A stretch of DNA of 64,000 nt from a virus, in the IMG/VR virus record IMGVR_UViG_3300046314_000558, positions 1 to 64,000 of that record; one strand, given 5' to 3'. Shown here in pieces: positions 27,021 to 35,812 of this stretch (its first letter is position 1; each line of letters starts with the position of its first letter). The position numbers and the translations under genes were made by a program. The notes under the pieces are model-generated. The model saw only the letters and a program-made list of their open reading frames with translations, was not told the origin of the DNA and searched no databases.

Positions 27021-27419
27021 TGTATGAAGCAGACCCAAAAGAGTTCGACACGCGGGGGCAGTGCCCGCCAGGTCCACCATTAGGAGATTTAATGAATTTA
27101 TTGTGCGGATACCATGCAAAGTCAACAGAGACTTGTCAGTGGGTAATAGAAAACTACGATCGTCCAACTGATAATATCACGGTTAGAGATTGGGTAGCTG
27201 CGTGCAAAGAATACTTAAAGTCTGTTAATGATGGGCCTGACACAGGATCGACCGGGCTAAGAGTAGCAAAGTAGACAACTCGGCAATGTGAAAGCCGTAG
27301 GATTGGGGATTCCCGGTCGTAGCAACAAAACAAAAATAAACGCAAACGATACACAGTTCGCATTAGCAGCCTAAACGCCGCTTAGGGTTATGCCAGTTCC
27401 TCGTAACAGAATACTGGCA
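27021..27419 (+). ncRNA. ssrA: Circularly permuted two-piece tmRNA
   Basis: Acceptor piece ends CAGGTCC-A-CCA at 27079; coding piece starts GGGCCTG at 27233 (G3:U70); tag ANDTQFALAA-stop at 27342-27374. Confidence 0.9.
27092..27274 (+). CDS. 60-aa ORF in the tmRNA intervening segment
   Basis: AGGAGA SD immediately after the tmRNA CCA; ATG at 27092. Confidence 0.5.
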   Translation: MNLLCGYHAKSTETCQWVIENYDRPTDNITVRDWVAACKEYLKSVNDGPDTGSTGLRVAK

Positions 27420-27522
27420 CTATATTTTAATACTCTGGTCAGCACTGTGAGAAGCGCAGATCGACAAGACTAGAACGTGGTTTGAATCCAAACTAGAGTA
27501 TTAAAATATAGTAAAGGAACTT

Positions 27523-28122
27523 ATGCGCTCTAACCTTCTCGACCCTAAATTGTTTCAATCTGACAAATTTACTAACAGCTTTTCAAAGCCAGTTGCACAA
27601 GTTCATGAGTTTTATCTAACCGGCGCTATTGAAGATGCCGAGAACTACATTGAGTGGTTTGACACAATTCGCAACGCTTCAGCTGTAGATACCATTCGTA
27701 TTTACATTAACAGCCCTGGTGGTGACCTATTTACCACACTACAATTCTTGCGTGTAATGGCCGAAAGCGAAGCCAACATTGTTACCAGTGTTGAAGGTGC
27801 TTGCATGAGTGCAGCAACCATGATCTTCTTGCACGGTCATCAGCAAGAAGTTACACCACACAGCTTATTTATGTTTCACGACTATTCGTCAGGAACATTT
27901 GGCAAGGGTGGTGAGCAGTACGATCAGATTCAGTTTGAACGTGGTTGGTCGCGCAAGTTCATGAGTGAAGTATACGCAGACTTTTTAACCCCTGCTGAAA
28001 TCGAAAGCATGATGCACAACAAAGACATTTGGATGGGGTCGGAAGAAGTTGTAGAACGCTTAACTGCACTGCAAGCCAAGCGCGAAGCTGAAGTAGCAGC
28101 CCAAGAAGACGCACAAGAATAA
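27523..28122 (+). CDS. ClpP-like protease subunit
   Basis: IYINSPGG, ACMSAA (catalytic Ser), FMFH and DIWM motifs. Confidence 0.88.
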   Translation: MRSNLLDPKLFQSDKFTNSFSKPVAQVHEFYLTGAIEDAENYIEWFDTIRNASAVDTIRIYINSPGGDLFTTLQFLRVMAESEANIVTSVEGACMSAATMIFLHGHQQEVTPHSLFMFHDYSSGTFGKGGEQYDQIQFERGWSRKFMSEVYADFLTPAEIESMMHNKDIWMGSEEVVERLTALQAKREAEVAAQEDAQE

Positions 28123-28127
28123 AACGT

Positions 28128-28219
28128 GGGTGGTAATGCAGCGGGGTTGGTCCTGCGACTGGCCTTGAAAACCAGGTTCTCGGAAACGGGATGGGGTTCG
28201 ACTCCTCTGCCACCCGCCA
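28128..28219 (+). tRNA. tRNA-Ser(UGA)
   Basis: Cloverleaf; long variable arm; CCA. Confidence 0.9.
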
Positions 28220-28307
28220 TAAGTAAACCTACTCAGTGAGGCACATCCTTTAAACCAAGCTGGTTTGAGTCCGGCGGCTAAAAGTAGGCTTTCTTATGGG
28301 GTTCAAC

Positions 28308-28481
28308 ATGGAAACACTAGTTTACAGATTACGCAAACGCGCAGAAATACGCCGACAAATTCCCGGCAGAAAGTCTGTTCAAGAAAACAAACCAGATCGT
28401 ATAGCAGACTTATTAGAAGAAGCTGCTGCCAGACTTGAACAGTTTGAGGCACAGCAACTTCAAGCCAAGCAACCCACATGA
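28308..28481 (+). CDS. Hypothetical protein
   Basis: LVYRLRKRAEIRRQIP...DRIADLLEEAA pattern. Confidence 0.6.
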   Translation: METLVYRLRKRAEIRRQIPGRKSVQENKPDRIADLLEEAAARLEQFEAQQLQAKQPT

Positions 28482-28635
28482 AAAAGTTGTGGAGATTGTG
28501 GGCAAATGCCCTCGGCGCCAAAGCCGGAAAAACTAACAGCGAAGCAGACATGGTAGCCATTATTCGAACACTGATAGTACTCAGCTACATAGGCACTAAC
28601 TGCTTTATTGTTGCAGGTGTGTGGAGACATTGGTA

Positions 28636-28944
28636 ATGGCTATTGGATTCTCAAAGTTACGTTCACCGCTACTAGACCTAACAGACAAGATCACAGTAGG
28701 CAAGCTAAGTGGCTGCAGAGTATGTGATGTAGTAGAAGACCACTACGAATACTTGATCTGGGCTGAAAAAACCGGATTGTTTAAGTTTACAAAAATAGTC
28801 ACAGAAACCATACAAGAACACGCTGGGTATAAGGCTCAGCAACGATTCATCGAAGAAGAAATTAAGCCTTGGCTAGAAGATGATTTAGTCAAACGCGAAC
28901 GCGAAATGATTCGCAGTATCTTGGATGAAGACGTACCTTTTTAA
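28636..28944 (+). CDS. Small protein with a GK-x-x-G/YL-x-W (ExoX-C/DUF3820-like) motif and SSB-like DEDVPF tail
   Basis: GKLSGCRVCDVVEDHYEYLIW; C-terminal DEDVPF. Confidence 0.6.
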   Translation: MAIGFSKLRSPLLDLTDKITVGKLSGCRVCDVVEDHYEYLIWAEKTGLFKFTKIVTETIQEHAGYKAQQRFIEEEIKPWLEDDLVKREREMIRSILDEDVPF

Positions 28945-29019
28945 GCAGGATTAATTCAGTGGTAGAATGTCTCGTTGCCAACGAGAATGTCAGGAGTTCG
29001 ACCCTCCTATCCTGCTCCA
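28945..29019 (+). tRNA. tRNA-Gly(GCC)
   Basis: Cloverleaf; CCA. Confidence 0.92.
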
Positions 29020-29025
29020 ACTTAT

Positions 29026-29253
29026 ATGTATAAAGTAATAGACAACGAAGGTTTCTTAAGAGGCCGATCAGAAGATTTAGCCGTAGCCCTAGAAATGGCC
29101 AAGTATGTAGATGAGTTTGTAGTTATCACAAACGGTACTATAGAAATTGTAGGTATATTTGGTGTAGATTCCGTGGAAAATGGAACGTGCCCAGATGGTA
29201 TTGCCTACGACTGGAACAAAGCATCACGAATTGGTGCCGAAAAACGAAAATAA
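29026..29253 (+). CDS. Hypothetical protein
   Basis: ORF between tRNAs. Confidence 0.6.
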   Translation: MYKVIDNEGFLRGRSEDLAVALEMAKYVDEFVVITNGTIEIVGIFGVDSVENGTCPDGIAYDWNKASRIGAEKRK

Positions 29254-29257
29254 TAGT

Positions 29258-29331
29258 GCGGGGTTAGTTTAGTGGCAAAACGCTATCCTTCCAAGTTAGA
29301 GTTGCGAGTTCGATTCTCGCACCCCGCTCCA
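29258..29331 (+). tRNA. tRNA-Gly(UCC)
   Basis: Cloverleaf; CCA. Confidence 0.9.
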
Positions 29332-29344
29332 TTAAAGGTTATTT

Positions 29345-29650
29345 ATGACAAATAAAACACAACAGTATATTCAAGCCCTTGATAGTATAATCAAGGCAGC
29401 AAAAAATATCAAACGTGGCGATAGCGTTAGCTGGAATTCCAGTGGCGGTACTGCACGTGGAAAAGTAACCAAAATTATTACCTCGGGCAGTGAAGCTGTA
29501 CCTGGTAGTAGTTTTACTATTAGTGGTACAGCAGATGATCCTGGCGCACTAATCCGTTTATATAGACCCAATTCAGATGGCAAGTACGAAGCCACAGATA
29601 CCATTGTTGGTCACAAAACAAGTACACTAAAAAAGATAGATCCATTATAA
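29345..29650 (+). CDS. DUF2945/Tudor-like domain protein
   Basis: GDSVSWNSSGGTARGKV...GHK.STL pattern. Confidence 0.6.
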   Translation: MTNKTQQYIQALDSIIKAAKNIKRGDSVSWNSSGGTARGKVTKIITSGSEAVPGSSFTISGTADDPGALIRLYRPNSDGKYEATDTIVGHKTSTLKKIDPL

Positions 29651-29651
29651 T

Positions 29652-29726
29652 GCCTTGTTAACTCAGCGGTAGAGTGCCTCCTTTACACGGAGTAGGTCGG
29701 CGGTTCGATCCCGTCACAAGGTACCA
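29652..29726 (+). tRNA. tRNA-Val(UAC)
   Basis: Cloverleaf; CCA. Confidence 0.92.
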
Positions 29727-29803
29727 AATTTTAAACTTGAAACTAATCCCCGAATACAGTATAATAAGTACTGTTTCGGGGATTATTTATTTATGGGAAA
29801 ACA

Positions 29804-30256
29804 ATGTCAATAACAATAAAAAACCTAGAGAGTGCCTTAGCCGGTGAGTCTATGGCATACACAAAGTATATGTACTTTGCACGTATTGCACGAGAAGACG
29901 GCTTTGAAGATGTAGCTCAACATTTTGAGCACACAGCAGCACAAGAGTTAAAACACGCTTGGGGACACCTAGAACTCCTTATCGGACGTCCTAGTACTAA
30001 AGTTTGCCTAGAAAAAGCTATCGAAGGCGAAACATACGAATACACAGAAATGTACCCTCAGTTTGAGCGTCAGGCTAAAGCCGAAACAAATATTGAAGCT
30101 GTTAAAGAGTTCAATGAACAAGGCCGTGAAAGCCTTGAGCATGCTCAACAGTTCAAAGCTGTACTAGACAAAGCTGCCAAGCGTTTTGCTGCACTAAAGC
30201 GTGTTGAACAGCGTCATGCAGAAGCATATCAACAAGTTTGGGAGACAGTAAAATGA
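29804..30256 (+). CDS. Rubrerythrin
   Basis: NLESALAGES.A..KY.YFA; ELKH; EGETYEY..MYP; EH di-iron ligands. Confidence 0.9.
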   Translation: MSITIKNLESALAGESMAYTKYMYFARIAREDGFEDVAQHFEHTAAQELKHAWGHLELLIGRPSTKVCLEKAIEGETYEYTEMYPQFERQAKAETNIEAVKEFNEQGRESLEHAQQFKAVLDKAAKRFAALKRVEQRHAEAYQQVWETVK

Positions 30257-30387
30257 CACACATTTGCATCGTATGTGACCACGTTCACGATCCAGAAACT
30301 GAGGGCGCATGGGATACACTTCCAGATGACTTTGAGTGTCCAGAGTGCGGCGTCGGCAAAGAAGATTATGTAGAATTCGAGGACTAA
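30253..30387 (+). CDS. Rubredoxin
   Basis: Hand-translated: CIVCDH...LPDDFECPECGVGKEDY. Confidence 0.9.
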   Translation: MTHICIVCDHVHDPETEGAWDTLPDDFECPECGVGKEDYVEFED

Positions 30388-30780
30388 ATGTTAGAGTGTT
30401 TAATCATTGGTGATTCAATTGCTGTTGGCATTGCACAACATCGCCGCGAGTGTGTTAGTTACGCACAAGTAGGTATAACAAGTGCTGCTTGGAACAACAA
30501 GTTTCTAGGCAAGAACTTGGAAAGTCGCACGACTACCATTAGTCTTGGAACCAATGACTACTCTACATTTAAAACTTTTGAAGAACTACTAGCGCTACGT
30601 CAAAACTTAACCGGCAGAGTTCAGTGGGTTTTACCTGCTAATGGCACAGACCGCCAAGCCCCAGTAGTGCGTGTAGCAAAAATGTTCGGAGATACCACAT
30701 TCTTGATTCCAGAACTCAGCAAAGATAAGATACATCCAACTACTCGTGCTTATCGAGAACTTGCACAGGATAGTCGATAA
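30388..30780 (+). CDS. SGNH/GDSL-like hydrolase
   Basis: IGDSI, SLGTND and DKIHP blocks. Confidence 0.75.
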   Translation: MLECLIIGDSIAVGIAQHRRECVSYAQVGITSAAWNNKFLGKNLESRTTTISLGTNDYSTFKTFEELLALRQNLTGRVQWVLPANGTDRQAPVVRVAKMFGDTTFLIPELSKDKIHPTTRAYRELAQDSR

Positions 30781-30935
30781 TGTCTGACAAGATAGAATCG
30801 CCCTGCAAGCAAAAGTGTAATCTTGACCCTCAATCGCAGCAATGCCGCGTTTGTAGACGAACACTAGAGCAGATCGCAGAATGGCGTTATTACACGCCAG
30901 AAGAACGACAAAAAATAATGGAAGATTTGCGCTGA
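30780..30935 (+). CDS. DUF1289-like small Cys-rich protein
   Basis: SPCKQKC...CRVCRRTLEQIAEW...EER..I. Confidence 0.75.
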   Translation: MSDKIESPCKQKCNLDPQSQQCRVCRRTLEQIAEWRYYTPEERQKIMEDLR

Positions 30936-31005
30936 TAGCTCAGTTGGTTAGAGCAGTGAACTCATAATTCATTGGTCACAGGTTCAAGTCCTGTTCGGCG
31001 TACCA
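30929..31005 (+). tRNA. tRNA-Met/Ile2(CAU)
   Basis: Cloverleaf; CCA; terminator 31017-31041 follows. Confidence 0.9.
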
Positions 31006-31124
31006 CTACCACACCAAACCCACCGTCAAGGTGGGTTTTTTGTTTGTGGAAATATTCACTTGAAATCTTTATTACTTTAGAGTATAATTATTCTTTAACA
31101 ACGCAACCCAACCATTACACTAAC

Positions 31125-31484
31125 ATGAAAATTAATTTTGCACAAGTTCCAGCCGCTGATGTTGACACTTTTGGTGATGAAGGTCTGTTCGGCCCTGACG
31201 AGTCTGGCGACTTTTACTACAACTATGTAGAGTACGGCACAAACCCAGGCGGTACAGAAGAAGTTGCTATTCACGATGGTTGCAATCGCTTTATGCCTAT
31301 TGCAGTAGAAAACATCCCTGACTTGATCGCAGCACTTGATGAGTGCTATAAAATCTCCCAATCACTGCGTATGGCTGAAAAAACTGAAGCCTACGTTACC
31401 AGCGACACCCAAGCCTATGTTACACAAACAGCAATTGAGTACGAACCCCTTCAAAATACTACTAGCTGGCCTTTCCACAACTGA
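31125..31484 (+). CDS. Hypothetical protein
   Basis: First ATG after a TTGAAA-17-TATAAT promoter. Confidence 0.6.
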   Translation: MKINFAQVPAADVDTFGDEGLFGPDESGDFYYNYVEYGTNPGGTEEVAIHDGCNRFMPIAVENIPDLIAALDECYKISQSLRMAEKTEAYVTSDTQAYVTQTAIEYEPLQNTTSWPFHN

Positions 31485-31661
31485 ACCACAGATGGTTACC
31501 CTGGAGTTTTTATCTTGGGTATCCAAAACTATTAACGAACCTGGTATGATAGTTCAAACTTATGGCGAAGCTTTCCAAGTACTAGAATTCTTGGCAAATG
31601 CTCGTGCTGTTGAACTAACCAAAATCCCAGGCACTGAAGTATATACAATTAAAAGATTATA

Positions 31662-32048
31662 ATGGCAACAAAATCAAAAGCAGCAGCTCCAACAGCAGCA
31701 GTACCCCAAGGCGTAGCACGTACACAAGCCAATCGTAAACGCAAACTAGAGCAAACACTTAAAGCTCAGCCAAACAATACTCAAGTGCAGGATGCCCTAG
31801 GAACTCCTGGTCGTCAGCGTAAAGCCCCAGTTACACCTCAGTGGTCACATACCGCAATTCGTTTGGCAAAGTTGTTCAAAGAGTTTACTGGACGTGCCCC
31901 AAAAGAACTGTTTAGTTCTAACCCTAAAGTGGTGCAAGCGGCAATGACCATGCCAAACACAAAACAGTTCTTTAACCTGCCACAAGGCAAGGTAGACTTC
32001 TCCATTGGTGCACGTGCCTTTATGCGTGAGAATAAGACATGGAATTGA
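31662..32048 (+). CDS. Hypothetical basic protein
   Basis: ORF in operon. Confidence 0.6.
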   Translation: MATKSKAAAPTAAVPQGVARTQANRKRKLEQTLKAQPNNTQVQDALGTPGRQRKAPVTPQWSHTAIRLAKLFKEFTGRAPKELFSSNPKVVQAAMTMPNTKQFFNLPQGKVDFSIGARAFMRENKTWN

Positions 32049-32314
32049 TTGCGTACTACTTGCTATTTGCATTTACTACCTCAATTACTGCTTGCATTTT
32101 TTGGTTCTGGCCACTCGTGCAAGAAGCACGACAGCTAGAAGTAGTCAATAGTTTTACACAGTATCCAAAAGTCAGCGCTGTTATTTATATTTTTGTAAGT
32201 GCAGTGGTAGCCCCAATGCTAATACCACCAATGTTTAGTCAAAACATGGCTGACCGCTTTTCACGAGGCTTGAGGTCAGAGATCTTTAAATCAGATTTAG
32301 AAAATCAGTCTTGA
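32039..32314 (+). CDS. Membrane protein (2 TM)
   Basis: Two hydrophobic segments. Confidence 0.6.
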   Translation: MELIAYYLLFAFTTSITACIFWFWPLVQEARQLEVVNSFTQYPKVSAVIYIFVSAVVAPMLIPPMFSQNMADRFSRGLRSEIFKSDLENQS

Positions 32315-32371
32315 ACGCATAGTTCGATCGCTGTATAATAGTGGCTTAGATTGATACAAACAGGACACACA

Positions 32372-32644
32372 ATGAAAATCAAAGAATTTACATATACAAA
32401 ACCCAATGGCGAAGTATCTCAGCGCACAGTTGTTGAGTTGGTTAGCCCAACAGAACACATCGAAGGCATTGACGTTACTGAACTAGATATGGATTCCTAT
32501 GCTGACTTTGTAACACAGTTGCGTGAACTTGAGTCCAATCTTTACGCACAACGTATGGCGCTGTATGCACAGTTTGATCTCAAACACAACTACCGACGCT
32601 TTTTGCCATCACGCATGACAAATATCACAACAGAATTCGCTTAA
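32372..32644 (+). CDS. Hypothetical protein
   Basis: FTYTKPNGEVSQR N-terminus; AGGA SD. Confidence 0.6.
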   Translation: MKIKEFTYTKPNGEVSQRTVVELVSPTEHIEGIDVTELDMDSYADFVTQLRELESNLYAQRMALYAQFDLKHNYRRFLPSRMTNITTEFA

Positions 32645-32672
32645 TTTAAAAATCACAGAAAGAAAATATATC

Positions 32673-33038
32673 ATGGCAGCTACCTGGACAGACGAACTCA
32701 AATCCGAAGTTATTGCAAAATACGAAGCCGCAGGCCCAACACCTGAGAATTCAACTGAAATCATCAAAGACATTGCCGAAGAATTCGAGCAATCTCCTAA
32801 CGGCGTACGCATGGTACTAGTGCAAGCTGGCGTTTATGTTAAAAAAGACCCAAGCGCTCCTAGCACAAGCAAAACCAAAACCGCAGCTACTGGCGACAAG
32901 CCTGCTCGCGTTAGCAAAGAGTCGGCTATTAACGACCTGCGTCAAGCACTGACTGATGCAAACAAACCAGTTGACGAAGACATTCTCAGCAAACTCACCG
33001 GCAAAGCCGCAGTTTACTTCCTGAGTGTATTGAAGTAA
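32673..33038 (+). CDS. T5 D3-like DNA-binding protein
   Basis: WTDEL, PNGVRM.L..AGVYVKK and KLTGKAA motifs. Confidence 0.8.
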   Translation: MAATWTDELKSEVIAKYEAAGPTPENSTEIIKDIAEEFEQSPNGVRMVLVQAGVYVKKDPSAPSTSKTKTAATGDKPARVSKESAINDLRQALTDANKPVDEDILSKLTGKAAVYFLSVLK

Positions 33039-33080
33039 TTCAAGGCGGCCCTGTGCCGCCTTCTTAGTTTAAGGAATAAT

Positions 33081-33707
33081 ATGGCAACGAAAAAACGAAG
33101 CGAATTGGAAACCGAATTGATGACCCCGGCTAACATTAGCCGAGTTATTCGTTTACTTGAACCAACTGAAGAAGGTGCTAAGCCGATTACTAAAAAAGAT
33201 GCTTGCCAGATTCTTGGCATGGCATATAATACTACGCGTCTTGGTACTATTCTTGAAGATTTTAAGAAGGCACAGGCTCGCGATGCAAAACGTCGTGCTG
33301 AACTTCGTGGCAAGCCTGCCAGTCGTGAGGACGTGGTTTATATTATCAGTGAGTACTTGAGTGGCGAAACTGTAGACGCTATTTCAAAAATGACTTATCG
33401 TAGTCCAACATTCATCAAGCGTATTCTAGAAGATAACGCTGTGCCTATTCGTGTGCCAGGGTCAAGCTACTTTAACCCTGAAATGATTCCTGATGGTGCT
33501 CAGCGTGATCGTTTCCGTGTTGGCGAAGTTGTGTACTCAACCAAGTACGACTCAACTGCTGTAATTGAATCAGAAAAGCTCACTGAAAAGTACGGTTATA
33601 TCTATCGCATCTTCCTGTTAAGCGACAAGTGGTTGCAGTCCGCGTGGCAAGAGCACTATGAGCTGGCCAGCCTGCAACATCTTCGTGAACTAGGAGTACG
33701 AATCTAA
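33081..33707 (+). CDS. Hypothetical HTH-containing protein
   Basis: TKKDACQILGMAYNTTRL; position within the replication block. Confidence 0.65.
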   Translation: MATKKRSELETELMTPANISRVIRLLEPTEEGAKPITKKDACQILGMAYNTTRLGTILEDFKKAQARDAKRRAELRGKPASREDVVYIISEYLSGETVDAISKMTYRSPTFIKRILEDNAVPIRVPGSSYFNPEMIPDGAQRDRFRVGEVVYSTKYDSTAVIESEKLTEKYGYIYRIFLLSDKWLQSAWQEHYELASLQHLRELGVRI

Positions 33708-33986
33708 ATGGATGAAAATATACAGTTTAGCAAAATCATTGATGAAAACATGGATAAAGGTTTTCAGATCAGACTAGCCGTTAATGATTTTCGTGACACT
33801 ACCTACATTCAGCTTCGTAAGTTCTTTTTAAGCTACGAAGGTGAATGGGTTCCTAGTCGTGAAGGCGTATCAATACCTGCAAGCACTGAAAATATATATG
33901 CTATACTAGACGGACTTTTTGAAATTTGCAGTGTGGCTGAAGGCGAAGAAATTATAAAACGCTACTCAGACCGGCTAAAATCCTAA
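33708..33986 (+). CDS. PC4/p15-like ssDNA-binding protein
   Basis: FRDTTYIQLRKFF...WVPSREGVSIP; precedes the ligase as in T5. Confidence 0.8.
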   Translation: MDENIQFSKIIDENMDKGFQIRLAVNDFRDTTYIQLRKFFLSYEGEWVPSREGVSIPASTENIYAILDGLFEICSVAEGEEIIKRYSDRLKS

Positions 33987-34023
33987 CTTGTTTCTGTGAC
34001 CCTAAACTGTTATAATAGTCTTT

Positions 34024-34974
34024 ATGAACAAAATTACACAATATTTAGACTCAGCATCAGCCGCGTATTATGCTGGTAGTCCCTTTATTACTGATGCACA
34101 GTTCGATCAATTGGCTGAGTCAGTTGGTTATAATGCTGTGGGCGCTAAGCAAAATTCCAAAACCGAGCGTCATTTGTTTCAAATGTACTCACTACAAAAG
34201 TATTACGAAGATGAAGGTACCAGACCACTCCAAGATGTTAGATCGGTTGCTACAAGCATTAAGCTGGACGGGGCAGCTCTTAGCCTACTTTATGTTGATG
34301 GTAATCTTGTTCGAGTTCTTACCCGTGGGGATGGTGTAGAAGGTCAAATTGTAACTGACAAGTTCCTTGGCAATCCCATTGTTCCACAAAACGTACCGTT
34401 TCAAGGTGTTTATCAGATCACTGGCGAGATTGTGGCTCCAATCAATATTGAAAATGCTCGCAACTATGCAGCAGGCGCTCTTAACTTAAAAGATGTAGCC
34501 GAGTTTCAACAACGAGCACTCAGTTTCTTTGCATATGGAATTCAACCCAGCTTGTGTGAAACTTTTAATCAAGACTTGAGTGCCTTAGCACAAGCTGGTT
34601 TTGGTGTAATCAATGAGCCAGACTTGGACAAAATATTCCCTTGTGATGGCGTTGTATTCCGTGTTAATGATAATGCCCTATTCTACGAAATGGGTTACAC
34701 AGCCAAACATCCCAGAGGTGCTTATGCTAAAAAAGAACGTGCTGAACACGTAGAAACAAAACTACTCAATGTCGAATGGCAAGTCGGTAAGTCTGGCAAG
34801 GTTACTCCTGTTGCTATTCTTGAGCCTGTTCTTGTTGGTGATGCCTTGGTATCTAGGGCTACCCTTAATAATCCTGGCTTTATCGAAATGCTAGACTTGC
34901 GAATTGGTGACACAGTGGCGGTTATCCGTGCTGGAGAAATCATTCCGTGCATCTTGCATAAAGTTGATGCTTGA
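34024..34974 (+). CDS. ligA: NAD-dependent DNA ligase subunit A (split gene)
   Basis: MYSL, KLDG, TRGDG, DGVV and RAGEIIP motifs. Confidence 0.92.
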   Translation: MNKITQYLDSASAAYYAGSPFITDAQFDQLAESVGYNAVGAKQNSKTERHLFQMYSLQKYYEDEGTRPLQDVRSVATSIKLDGAALSLLYVDGNLVRVLTRGDGVEGQIVTDKFLGNPIVPQNVPFQGVYQITGEIVAPINIENARNYAAGALNLKDVAEFQQRALSFFAYGIQPSLCETFNQDLSALAQAGFGVINEPDLDKIFPCDGVVFRVNDNALFYEMGYTAKHPRGAYAKKERAEHVETKLLNVEWQVGKSGKVTPVAILEPVLVGDALVSRATLNNPGFIEMLDLRIGDTVAVIRAGEIIPCILHKVDA

Positions 34975-35044
34975 GCAGTAAAAATTTACACTTGTCAACA
35001 CAACCCCAATCAGATATAATATAGTCTACAAAGCAATAAACAAC

Positions 35045-35812
35045 ATGAAGATAGAAATCCCCACAACCTGCCCCTGCTGTGATTACAAACTCGAATTGGT
35101 CAACGATCAATTGTTTTGTCGCAACACGGCTTGCGGTGCTCAGCTTGGTAAAAAAGTTGAACACTTCTGCAAGACACTAGGCATCAAAGGCATGGGGCCT
35201 AAGAGTGTTGAAAAACTAAACTTGCAAGACTTAACTGAGTTATTTTACTTAGACCTAGATTCAGTAATCGAAGCACTTGGCAGTGAAAAAACTGCCAACA
35301 AGTTGCTGGATGAAATCAATCGTGCTAAGAGTGCTGACTTGGCAACTGTGCTGGCCAGTTTTAGTATTCCACTTGTTGGCAACACAGCTTCACAAAAGAT
35401 TTGTAGCGTTGTAGACCATATCAGCCAAATCAACCACGAGACTTGCAAACAAGCAGGCCTAGGTGACAAAGTCACTGAAAACTTAGTTGGCTGGCTACAA
35501 ACAGATTTCCCTGACTTACAAGAGTTTTTGCCGTTCTCTTTTAAGTCCAACCGCAATTCCACATCAAACAGTAATAATAATTCCAAGACTGTTTGTATCA
35601 CTGGAAAGTTATCTTCTTATAAAACCAAAGCAGAAGCCTACAAAGCACTAGAAGAGGCGGGCTTTAAAGTTACAGAAACAGTAACCAAAGCCACTGACAT
35701 TTTAGTTGATGAAGAAGATAAAGCTAGTACAAAACGCAAAAAAGCCGAATCCCTTGGCATCCAAATCATAACAAACCTAAATACTTTCTTGAAAGAAAAT
35801 ACAAATGACTGA
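35045..35812 (+). CDS. ligB: NAD-dependent DNA ligase subunit B (Zn finger, HhH, BRCT)
   Basis: PTTCPCC..FCRN..C; HhH repeats; VCITGK BRCT. Confidence 0.9.
   Translation: MKIEIPTTCPCCDYKLELVNDQLFCRNTACGAQLGKKVEHFCKTLGIKGMGPKSVEKLNLQDLTELFYLDLDSVIEALGSEKTANKLLDEINRAKSADLATVLASFSIPLVGNTASQKICSVVDHISQINHETCKQAGLGDKVTENLVGWLQTDFPDLQEFLPFSFKSNRNSTSNSNNNSKTVCITGKLSSYKTKAEAYKALEEAGFKVTETVTKATDILVDEEDKASTKRKKAESLGIQIITNLNTFLKENTND

Noticed and set aside
21096-28220. Track ORFs overlapping tRNAs (21096, 22023, 22749, 24582, 25822, 26700, 27930)
   Set aside because: Shadow frames across tRNA genes with no SD or protein-like features
34024-35812. Split ligase as a pseudogene or frameshift
   Set aside because: A two-subunit NAD ligase is the known T5-type arrangement, and subunit B has its own promoter and start
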